Assembly: GCA_022813965.1 (NCBI GenBank)
Contig: JALDZS010000226.1
Span: forward strand, 1-34,789
DNA length: 34,789 nt
Source: Toensbergia leucococca
Lineage: Eukaryota
Reading direction: 5' to 3'
In this document: positions 11,582 to 22,300 of the stretch, piece after piece
Numbering within the stretch: the stretch's first letter is position 1
Layout of the letters: each line of letters begins with the position of its first letter
Made by a program: the position numbers and the translations under genes
Notes under the pieces: generated by a model
Database searches by the model: none
What the model was told of the DNA's origin: nothing
What the model saw: the letters and a program-made list of their open reading frames with translations, nothing else

Positions 11582-12713
11582 CGGTCGAAGGTTCTTGGTA
11601 ATGAAAAATCATGAGGTGAGGTTAAAAGAAAGGTGTGTGCTGACAGGAACGCCGCTGTGGTCTGAAATGTACAAGTAGAATACTGGCCTGAGTACTCGTA
11701 ACTTCTAATACATCAACAAGCCTGATGCGCCGAAATGCTACGAGTAAAAGCCAACCTCCAGGCATATTCATTCAAGATATTCTTTCTGTCTTGTATCTTA
11801 GCCTCAGCTGTGTGACGCCGCCTAGGTCCCTGATCATAGCATCAGATTGACCTGCTTTCATCTCGAGCGAGTGGCGTACAAAAGTTGAGTAGACTGTTCA
11901 TAATTTTCCGTCTCTTTTCCTGATGTATCACTGAGATGAATGACCTGCCCATCCTATGTCTGCTCCATACATAAGCAATACTATCTCAAGACATATCCAA
12001 GTGCTCTTTCGGTGTCTTACTCTCGGAAATATTTAAATGGCCGCTGAATGCTTCCTGGGTTGAATCAATTCTCAATGTCTCTTAGGGCCGACAACAACAA
12101 CCAATTTTGTCAAGCGAAGTGAAATTCTTGGAACGAATGTATGTCAAGACAGGACATTTCACTCGTTGTTTCCGACTTTTGGTACACTGTCTTATATAAT
12201 GTCTCGCTGTTACGTATTCACTCAGTAGTCAGTGACTTCCTTTGGATAGATGGCAGCTTCTTCGGCACGAATCCTCTCTCTGCGAGAAGGTTGGGAGGCC
12301 TTTGTATGGCCTCGACCCACTATCACCCCTCAAAAAGCTCATCGTATGTGAAATTTGTGGCACCACGTCCTACTCTCCTTACCATCGACTTTTCGAAGCA
12401 ACGAACTAGTTCCGAGCCTCCATTTTCAAAGCAGCATTAAGCACAATATCGACTTGCAATGGCATTGGTATTTTGCCGGCCTGTGGAGTTTGTCATGGCC
12501 TTTGTTCTCTGCTTCCCTTCTCAACAATGGCATTGTTGAGTATAGTTCATTTTGTTTACTGTCACTACTTTTGCTCTTAAAGTAGCAGCTGCTCATTGTT
12601 CAGAGATATCCAAGTTAGGTCGTAATTACTTTGAATCTGTCAAACCGTCTGTCCTTCTCATCACTCTACCAGCCTAAGAAACGCCTATTTCCCCAGTCCA
12701 CGCTTTGGTCAAT

Positions 12714-13715
12714 ATGTGTATCTTTGGGGAATCGGCTGAAAAGCAAGTCGTTATGGCCGAAGAGATAATAAAGCGAGAACTCCTGGCTCTCAGAATGACA
12801 GGCGATTTTCCCGAGGAGCCGGATGAGACTTTAATCCCGAGTCTTAATCGTCTGAACGAAACGCGAGACATGGCTGTTCACAATCAAGTCGGATATGAAC
12901 CACACATCTTCAATCGTTTCAGGTCAGATGCAACCGTAGTGGAACTCGGAGGCGAATCAGTCATCAGACAGCTTCAACAATTCGCCGACTTTCCAATAAA
13001 TGAAGATAATCTAAATTTTCTGTTTCATCCTAGTAGGTGGGAAGAAGGTAGAGACCACCCCGAGGAAGTTCCAATTGCATTACAGAACGAAATTAAAAAT
13101 GACTTCAGCTTCAATTCCCGTGTGCCTCATTTCTGTGAATTGTCTCCCCCTCCGGAGACGCTTCTACGAGGCATACTTTGGCTTAGTCCACAGCGAGTGG
13201 ATTTTAGCTCCTGGATCGCAGGTTTGGTAGGTTCCTCCGTTGCTCGATCGCATTCCGTGCCTCCTACTGATATAGTAGTCGATATTCAAGGTCGGTCGCT
13301 GTTATACGAGTACAAGCCAAGTACGGATGTCCCCGAGACTCCGATGCTACAGCCCGATGCCATTGAACTCATCAATGCGGATCTGCAGATGATACCTCGA
13401 TACCTCACGCACCTCAGCCTGCAATACGCAGCATGGCTCCCATATGAATTATACCTGCTTCTTACCGATGATGATCCCTGGGCCAGGTACAACTTGATTC
13501 ATTCGCGCCCAACTCCCAATTACACAAGAGACAATTACGTGGGAATTAGAGACCAAGAGGGGTTTTCTCTCTGCAGAGCTCATGCTTTCAAAAGCCTTAG
13601 GGATTCGGGTTGGTGGCAGTTGCCCTTTGCTGAGGGTCGAGATCTCCAGCAAGAAGCTTCCAAGATTGGCCTTGACATATACGATCAGCCTGACGATCCT
13701 ATGGAGATGTGCTAG
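12714..13715 (+). CDS. Hypothetical protein, tandem paralogue A (~333 aa)
   Basis: Long intronless ORF, collinear with the 14200 ORF. The start is placed at ATG 12714 because GTCAATATG matches GTCAAGATG of paralogue B. Confidence 0.8.
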   Translation: MCIFGESAEKQVVMAEEIIKRELLALRMTGDFPEEPDETLIPSLNRLNETRDMAVHNQVGYEPHIFNRFRSDATVVELGGESVIRQLQQFADFPINEDNLNFLFHPSRWEEGRDHPEEVPIALQNEIKNDFSFNSRVPHFCELSPPPETLLRGILWLSPQRVDFSSWIAGLVGSSVARSHSVPPTDIVVDIQGRSLLYEYKPSTDVPETPMLQPDAIELINADLQMIPRYLTHLSLQYAAWLPYELYLLLTDDDPWARYNLIHSRPTPNYTRDNYVGIRDQEGFSLCRAHAFKSLRDSGWWQLPFAEGRDLQQEASKIGLDIYDQPDDPMEMC

Positions 13716-14199
13716 TCTGTAGCCCCTGAGCGTTGGAGGAACCGAGTACGATAAACGGAAGCTGTGAGGGCTTCATCATGCTGGGGTCCCGGGGGTTTGA
13801 CGTGCGCTTAACAAGAGGTATCAGACTCTCTTAGAAGATACGTGTTCATTACCCCAGCTTTGAATATGATTATGAGCGACTTGGCTCCTCATCTCTGTAT
13901 ACGTCAGTTTCTCGCTCTTTTGAGCAAGAGCAAACTATCATAATGCTTTGTTCAGTCTGCCATATTCGCTGTCACTCTTTGTTCTCTAGGAACCGTTTTC
14001 ACCAACTGAATGTTCACCACATAGTTTGCTTAGCTTGCTGTCTTGAATTTTGTTCTAAACAAATCGGTCGCTAACATAATGTCGTTGAGTTGTTGATTCA
14101 GGCTGTGATTACTTATATCTTCGAAGATGCTTTCCTCTTTCTCGTCACTCTATATGCTCAAGATCTCATCTTATACTTAGCTTTCGCCCACCTGTCAAG

Positions 14200-15330
14200 A
14201 TGAGCTACAGTGGTGGAGTGTCGCCCGAAGAAGGCGTCCGTCGGGCCGCAGAGCGTATTCAGACCGAACTCCGGTCTCTTGAAGAGACCGGCGAGTTGCC
14301 AGAACCGAACCAGTATTATTATTCTCCTGAAGAACAACTTACTATGCAGAACAGAGTCTTCCTGCCTCCGTTCCTCTGGGACAGATGTTTGAACGACGAA
14401 GACTTAGTCAAGTTCGGAGGCGAGTCTATACAAAGGCAGCTTGAACAGTTGAGGGAATTTCCGATGAATGAGTGTAACCTGAACTTCCTCTTCCCCGCTG
14501 ATAGATGGGAACAAGCAATAGGCCGCGTCATCCTGGAATTCGTGACGGACAGTTTGAAACTGGATTTCATGTCTAGTTTCTGCATCCCCCGGTACGTCAA
14601 ATTCTCGTCTACTCCCGAGACACTCCTTCGAGACATCTTACAACATCTCCCAAAGAGCCTGACTTTAGACTCTTGGATCGGCACGGCGCTGATCAAATGC
14701 GTCGCAGATTCTCAAAGAATCTCTCCTGCGGATCTACACATTGCAGGCGATGGCAAGTCATTGATCCATAAAACAAGTGCAGATGGCATCCAAATCCGAG
14801 AGCTATCTCGCGGCCGCGCTAGCCGTCTTGAGAAGAAACTACAGATGGTACCTCGATACCTGATGCACCTGTGCTTACAGTTTTCAGCATGGCTCCCGCA
14901 CGAGTTACTTCAGATGTTCAAACACGGTAATGTCCAAGGCCCCATGCTCAGGTACAATTTCATTCACGGCCGCAAGACCTTTGACTTTGAGCGCGAAGAT
15001 TATACCTTGCAATTGGACGCCAAGGGTTTACGTATGTGCAGTATGCACATTTTCGACTACTTCCAGAAATCGGGTTGGTGGGATCTGCCATTTGCCGAGG
15101 ACCGTTATCGCCTGGATGAGGCCGAAGCTATGAAGCAATCGCTGTGGTGGGAAATGCCTTTTGCTCGGGACCAACTTTGTCTGGAGGGCGAGGCTCGTGC
15201 GCTTTGTGAAGAAAAGTACTCCAAGCACGAACAATATCGGGAATACTGGGTTCGTGAGCAGGAAAAAATGCCGGGTGGGAGCGAGAGGGTTATGAGAGCC
15301 TTTGCAGCAAGATATGATGTGGACGTGTAG
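14200..15330 (+). CDS. Hypothetical protein, tandem paralogue B (376 aa)
   Basis: Long intronless ORF. Shares GGES.RQL..FP.NE.NLNFLF, PETLLR.IL, LQM.PRYL.HL.LQ..AWLP.EL, RYN.IH.R and SGWW.LPFAE.R with paralogue A. Confidence 0.8.
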   Translation: MSYSGGVSPEEGVRRAAERIQTELRSLEETGELPEPNQYYYSPEEQLTMQNRVFLPPFLWDRCLNDEDLVKFGGESIQRQLEQLREFPMNECNLNFLFPADRWEQAIGRVILEFVTDSLKLDFMSSFCIPRYVKFSSTPETLLRDILQHLPKSLTLDSWIGTALIKCVADSQRISPADLHIAGDGKSLIHKTSADGIQIRELSRGRASRLEKKLQMVPRYLMHLCLQFSAWLPHELLQMFKHGNVQGPMLRYNFIHGRKTFDFEREDYTLQLDAKGLRMCSMHIFDYFQKSGWWDLPFAEDRYRLDEAEAMKQSLWWEMPFARDQLCLEGEARALCEEKYSKHEQYREYWVREQEKMPGGSERVMRAFAARYDVDV

Positions 15331-16669
15331 GGTTGCATTGTTTTTTTTTTGGGTTCTAGCTTTTATTTTTGCGTGCGCCTCATGCTAGAAAATACATTCA
15401 TTTACCCCTTATGTTGCGATTGAAATCCACCCTCCCATAATCTTAAGAGTCCGTGCCAGGACATTCTGATATTTTCAGAGAAATATTTGCGAGGACACTA
15501 GATGGGAGTTTGGCTCACGTTACTTGGAAGGGAAGTACCATTTCCACATTCATCAACACTCTTTTCGAGGTCATTTCGGTGAGGAAGTCGTAGGTGCCTT
15601 CAAAGACTTTGGGAAGGCTGATAGCTATGAGGTACATGTAGCCGTAGACTGGGGAAAGAAGGCTTATAGGGGAATAGAAGAGAGGATTCAGAAGTCAAGT
15701 ACTTGTAGTGAACATTGGGTGGACATTGAGGTCCTCCTTCCGATAGCGTGAATGTCATTACAAACAGCCGACTTCCCCGAGAGCCTGCCTGCCTACGTAA
15801 GTCTAGGTTTCCTTCTCACTTCCGTTTGTCGACGACAAGCGGCGAATATGTCTTTTGTCTGGTCGAATTTTTCACATTTTCACATTTTCTCACCTCTTCT
15901 CAACCCACAGCTGGACCGGAAGGTATAGAATAGAAGAAGCTCACACACGATCTGACTCCGGATCTATGGTTCGCGATGTGGAGACTGAAAGGAGGGAAGA
16001 TGGCGGAGGGCGAAATGACAGTACCGTGACCTTTTTAGCCGAGTCAGCTCAATTACGATCCCCTCAAGCTAGTCAGGGCTTTACTCGCTTAGCTCCCATT
16101 GTGGCGCGTACTCGAGACTCCGTAACTCATCTCACCAGCGTGGTGACGCCGTGCTTTTAGGAGAATCTATCTTTGTTCTCATCTCATCAAAGCGTTGATT
16201 TGAAACAAAGTCAAGCTTGACCATATCGGTCAGATTCAAGTCTGTTAGCAACAGGTCCTAACACAGCCTCGAAGTTCTGATTCTCACCTTTACTGATCGT
16301 TCATTGATCTTATTGTCGAATAAGGCCAAAGAAACTTTGGTGATGAAAGCTTGATTCTAGGCGGGGGCCTTGGTGGCTCAGGTTGATGGTAATGACTTAA
16401 GTAAGTGGTGATAGACTTAAGCTGTCTGCATCAGGCAGGTCACTAACTCGGTATTAGCCAGAAGGTCAACGTCACCAGTGATGATGCTTTTTGTTGTCCT
16501 TATCGTTCTAATGCCTCTACAATTCATTTATATTTTCAAGTAGAAACATTGTATTCAAGCCCAAAAGTTCTTGCCAACGTCTCCATCTATATCCTTATTT
16601 GTCTCATTGTCACAACTCCGCTGTACGACTCTCTCTTCTCAATTCACTCTCTCTATACACCAGCCAAAA

Positions 16670-17669
16670 ATGTCTCCACTTAAAACCGAAGAAGGCGAAA
16701 TAGACTATCCCGTCCCCACTGCCCAAAAACCATGCAAAACCTGGTACAAGCTCTTTGGCGACCTAAACTCCAACATCCGCCCCCTTGTCTGCCTGCACGG
16801 CGGCCCCGGCGTCAGCCACGAATACATCTCACCAATGTCCGATCTAGCCTCTTTATACCACATCCCCGTAATCCTCTACGACCAGCTCGGCACCGGCCGC
16901 TCCACCCATCTCCCCGAGAAAATGGGCGACACCTCCTTCTGGACCGAGCAACTGTTCCTGAACGAGCTCGACAACCTCCTCGCCCACTTCGGCATCCAAA
17001 ATGACTACGACCTGCTGGGCCACTCCTGGGGCGGCATGCTCGGCTCCCGCCACGCGACCCTCCAGCCCAAAGGCTTGAACCGCCTGGTGATTTCGAGCTC
17101 GCCGGCGTCGATGCCGTTGTGGGTGGAAGCGCAGAATGTGCTGCGGTTGCAGTTGTCAAGGGAGGTGCAGGATACGCTGACGAGGCATGAGAGGGAGGGC
17201 ACGACGGAGAGTGCAGAGTATGAGGGTGCTGTGGAGGTGTTTTACGCGCGGTTCATGTGCCGGGTGGATCCTATGCCTGAAGAAATTCAAGCGTCGTTTG
17301 CGGGGCTCAAGAAGGACAATACTGTCTATATGACCATGTACGCCCTGGAATTCCTTTTCTTTTCCCCTCTCAAGGAAAAAAATGGTGCGTTATCTAATTT
17401 TGGAATTTTGCAGGAACGGCCCGTCGGAATTCCACGTCACGGGCTCTCTTAAGGAATGGACTGTTGTGGACGATCTGCACAAGATTTCCGTGGAGACGCT
17501 GATCATGAATGGACGGTACGATGAGGCGCAGGATAGTTGCGTCGTGCCGTTTTTCCGCAAGATTCCCAAGGTCAAGTGGGTGACTTTGGCCGAGTCGAGT
17601 CATACGGGTCATTTGGAGGAGAGGGAGCGCTATATGCAGCTTGTGGGCGGCTTTTTGATGTCAAAGTAG
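16670..17669 (+). CDS. Proline iminopeptidase / L-amino acid amidase (alpha/beta hydrolase, peptidase S33), 2 exons
   Basis: Exons 16670-17337 and 17414-17669. The intron GTACGC...CAG restores YMTMNGPSEF. Motifs: LHGGPG, YDQLGTGRS, GHSWGG (nucleophile Ser), GRYDE (Asp) and SSH (His). Confidence 0.92.
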
Positions 17670-18111
17670 TTTCTGGGGAATTTAAGTGTGGAATCTTCTT
17701 TTTTTTTTATCCCTTAACAGTTTTTTTCTACAATTTCATTGGAGAGGTTTGTACAAAGAAACCACACCCCCCCCCCACCTTGGACCTACCTGCTCAATTT
17801 TCACCCCAGAAATTTCAGCCGCGATTGTATGATACTTTTTAAAAAAAACTCCAGACATTACCCTCCAACCAAACACCTCAACCCAAAACACACATCCCAA
17901 ACCCCCTCCCCCCACCCCCCAGCATCTCATTCCCAAACCTCGCCAAATATAAAAAAAGAAAAAAAACAAAAACTAAACTCCAAATCAACCACCAGAAACC
18001 CCGAACAAAAACCCCGCGACGCGAGCAAATAAAAATCGGGGAATTCCGCATTTTGGATAAGGCGGGATATGTGTTTTTTTGCTGGATGGGATGGGATGGG
18101 ACCGGGAAAAT

Positions 18112-18573
18112 TTAGGGAATGGGTTGGGTTGGATATATGGATGTCATAATGCTGGAGATGGAAATGGCCGTATATGATCGGGGGGCCTTCTGCCACACTA
18201 CACCAAAAAAGGCACAACTCGATGAGCTTGTTCTGAGGGGTTTTTGGACTCGGGATCGGCTGGTTTGCGTAAGTTGGGTTTCGGTGACTGGAGCGGCGGA
18301 TTCCCCCCCCGCCTGGGCGTTGTATAGTTTATTTTGGGGGGCGGAAGGGGGTTTGTTGGGGATTTCTTGTGATGGTCTTTTTGATGTTGATATTTTTTCC
18401 TTGGATGCGTTTTTTTTGATGGATGGGCTTTTCTTTGTTCGTCCTTTTTTTGTATTTTGTACAGATGAGATGGTTTTGATTGAGAGATTTGATTTTGATT
18501 TATTACTTTTGACTTGCGTTGATTGTGTTCGTTTGTTGAGACTTGTTTTGAGGTGGAGAGTGGTGGGGGGCAT
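18112..18573 (-). CDS. Possible Lys/Ser-rich hypothetical protein; 3' part unreliable
   Basis: ATG in context AACAATATG after a CT-rich leader (18660-18580), giving a 153-aa ORF. Downstream sequence is full of homopolymer runs, so the true end is uncertain. Confidence 0.3.
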   Translation of the reverse strand: MPPTTLHLKTSLNKRTQSTQVKSNKSKSNLSIKTISSVQNTKKGRTKKSPSIKKNASKEKISTSKRPSQEIPNKPPSAPQNKLYNAQAGGESAAPVTETQLTQTSRSRVQKPLRTSSSSCAFFGVVWQKAPRSYTAISISSIMTSIYPTQPIP

Positions 18574-19380
18574 ATTGTTTCTAGAGGGGATGGAAGGAAG
18601 GGAGGGATGGGAAGGGAAGGGGGAGATGGAGATGGAGCGGCGAGTTGAGGAGGATGGTATTTGATATACGTATCCGTACTCATGCTTGGAGAGGGCAATC
18701 TTGGGCTCAAAATCAGAGTTTCAATTTTCTTTGTGTGTAATGCCTTTTACAGAACTTACATTGAAGGGCTAGACTTCTAGAGTCTGGTTGAGAAAAGAGA
18801 ATCGCTGCACATCACGTGTAAAAATCCTGCAACGATTACTTGTGTTTGATATTGATTGACTGAATTCATGGACGTAAAGAAGAAGAGGGCCGGGTAAATC
18901 ATAGCAGTCGTGCAAAATCAAGGGTGTAGAAAGCCGTAGCAGGGGAATGTTCAAGTTACACTTTCTAAAGATCCTGCTTTTAGGACACACTGGAAACGCT
19001 CATAGAATATATCAGCTCTTTTTCTGCCTTGTCACGAGGCAAATTTTGCCGTTTAGCGGACTTATGGTGCCTGTCGGGCTCGGGGTTGCGTTTCGCTGGG
19101 GTATGGATAAAACTAAGTGGGTTGTCTTGATTGGTTGACTTGATTCGTAAGTGAGATTCGACCACAGGTTCACCTTGAGCAAGCTAAAGATAATTAGCCA
19201 TTGCGGGATTGCTACTCAAAGGATACCTTCAATGTACCTTCTGTATACTTTCCGGTTCTGTCACTTTAGGATGCAAAGATGTTGTGGCACATCCTAGAGA
19301 GTGCTTGATTTGCAAAGAATGTCTGGAGCTGTGGTTCTATTAGTGGGTAGTTTGGGTGATTGGGAAGAGTAGAGTAAAGC

Positions 19381-22300
19381 TTACAGCTGCTTCGTATCGC
19401 TTGCAAGATTTCCTGGCTCTACGTTCTTATCTTTGTCTTCTAAGGTCTCATCTGTGACAGCTTGGGATACGAGCAATCCTTGACAAGGAGGTGAATTGGT
19501 CGAGTTGGGCAGACTTCCTCGACGCCGGTATTTCGGGAAGCCTTCGTGAAACGGGTTCTGTGCATAGAGAATGCTTTGCTGTACCTCATCCTGCTGCTCC
19601 ACTTTGTGCGGTTCTTCAATGATTGTCTCACATTCCTGACTCTGAAATATATTTTCCTTGTAGGATAGCTGAGTTGATTGTCGAGGTAGTATACCAGCCT
19701 TGCGACGAGGTAAATTATTCTTGCATTTCGAGACTACAAAGATTTTGACAGGTCTGTTGTCGTCGATACCAATATCCTCCATTTGCTCTCGTAGGTAAAT
19801 CGTCGTAGGCCCGGATCCCAGCAATTTCTTAGCACCCGCTCGGATATATCCCCTATCCGACCATTGCACAAGCAATTTACCTTTTCGTAGTCGGCTTATC
19901 ACCTTTAGCCTATGGCTTGGTGCAGCCTCCAGAGACAAATATTGTCCTTCCTGAACATGTCTGCTCCAGCGAGAAGATATGGGAGTTTCTGTCATCGATA
20001 CTGGCACAACTGCCGTTTGTAGGATGGTGTGTTGTGGATGTGGCGAAGCACATTGTCGGCATTGTTGCCCTGGGGATTTAGAGAACGCTAGACACGTGTC
20101 TGTTGATACCGAAAAGGTTGCTGTAGTAGTAGTGTCTTTGAGAAAACTAGACCAATTTTGCTGCTTTCGTGGGAAGATTGTCGTGTAATCCGGATCGTCA
20201 GAATCGCCTACCATACAATACGTCGCCAGATCACCCTCCGGAGTGATACCGGTATGCTCCAAAGCGTCAAAAAACCAAGACACTGCACGGCCAAGATCTC
20301 TTCGCCACCCCATGTTGTTATCATAGAGTCGTACGAACTCGGATGGATCGTCACTTAGGAGCGCCTTCCGAAACTCACACTGACACGTCGGATCAGCCCA
20401 CTCAAAGCGTGCAGTCTCGAGATAGCTGGAAATAGTCTTTGATCCCATCAAATCGACAAGTCTCCTCCTTCTTGCGTTCCTTGTACAAAGACTAACTTCC
20501 AGTCCACACCACAACAGAAGCAACCGAGGATTACGCTTTTCAGGTTCCATGCGCCATCGCCAGAGAATTCGGTCTTTTCGAGTCGTGCCAGGTCTTATTT
20601 TGTATGATGCCGCATACCCGACCTGGACACCGGAGTGGCCTGCCTGGATTTGTAGAATCTCGGAATCTTTGTACACAGACTTTTTCGATGTTCCATACGG
20701 TTGAGCCTTAAGGCCAACTAAACCCTGACGCTGGGTGGTCGAACACGTGTTCTCGTTCAATGTCATGTCCATCTTTGCCCCAATAAGTAGCCGCGAGTAC
20801 GTGCCAGTGTCAATAAGACGATTAGAGCCCACTTCCTGTGTTGAAGGTAAAAAGTGACAGAAAGCTTCGTCGACCAAAGGTTCAGGTCCAGTACCGTCGA
20901 TGTTCCGTGGCCAACCCACAATGATACCACTACCAAGATTATACCAACATTTCGACTCATTATTCAAGTTGGAAACAGGTTCTTCGTGTAATTTCCAGAC
21001 CGGACCCCAAATATCAGCTAGATCTTCTATGTTAGTCGACAGAAACGCTCCATTGATTTCGGAAATATTGTCAAAGCAACTATGAAAAACCCAAACCATT
21101 TGCCCCTTCAGAAACGGGTCCAAACATGCAAGAGACACTTGTACCATTGAAAGTGTACCACTATAGAGTGAAATAGAGCGAATATTATTTTGAAGCCTAG
21201 GCCGAACTGTTTGCCCCAGATCCGGGTCTAGATGAGCTCCACAGTATGAAAGGACTGCTAGATCAATCGTTTCTGCGATTGCCAACCACCTCGCGACATA
21301 CTCCTCAAATGAATTGATATGATCGCTAAGTGCCACTTTTTCTAGAGCATCCAAGCTGAACAGGGCAGCACAATCTCGAATTGGAAGTTGTGGCAGACGT
21401 TCCAAAGCCTGCCGGTCGAGTGGAGCCAAAGATTGCGTAAGTCCCCATACTAAAGCTCGTACTATACCATTCAAGCACAGTATGAGATCGAAGATTTTGT
21501 TCAACTCTAATCTCTGCAGTCGAATGACCCCAACTCGATCATACACAAACAGGTTAATAACATCGGAGCAAAGATGAGATTTCTGCATAGTTTCTATTTC
21601 TTCATATAGTGTGAGGAGAACGTTTCGACATTCAAGCAATTTGCATATATAGGCAGCTGGTAGAGATTTTCGGTATAGAAAGCTCAGTGGACGATAGACA
21701 TCATCGGTTTCTAAAATGCTGTTGATACGAGCCTCTTTAGCAAAGTCTGAATCCAAGGCTGGGCTCGATGAAGGGGATCGATAGCAACGGGTCTCCGGTC
21801 GACTACTTGTGAATCGACCTCGATCCGCAGGCCTTGTACCTGCGGCCTCCCTAGAGTTGAGACCTGTGTGATGCTCCTTCTCCTCGTAAAGTAAGAGAAT
21901 TTCTATGAGTGGCATCTTTTCAAATCTTTTAGAGGATACGTTTCGTCCGCAAATTTTCGAGAGACTCGCCAAGTCTAGATTCAGTGACAAAATACTTCCC
22001 CACTTTGAGTCCATATGGCTAGTCTGTGAGCTGCGTCGCAGAGGATCTCCCTGCGGCTGTTTGACATCCTCTACAAAGCTTAGCGTCGAATAGAAGTCGT
22101 TTGCCTGCCGCTTGGAGAAGCCGCTTAACACATCTGCCTTGACTTTGTTCTGTCTGGAAATCAATACTGATGGTCGCAGAAGATCATCATCTTCATCTAG
22201 GTCTGGTGGCAAGTGAGGACTGGGGAGTGGCGATGAGGTATCTGATAAAGCGCTTAGACCTACATCTCCGTTGATGGTGGAGAGCAAATGTCCCCGAGCA

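Noticed and set aside
15430..16160. Possible third paralogue or gene relic downstream of paralogue B
   Set aside because: None of the shared paralogue motifs were found, and the frames are short or interrupted by stops.
18119..18664. 181-aa plus-strand hydrophobic ORF
   Set aside because: Likely the antisense shadow of G/T-rich, stop-poor sequence. The minus strand has the better ATG context.
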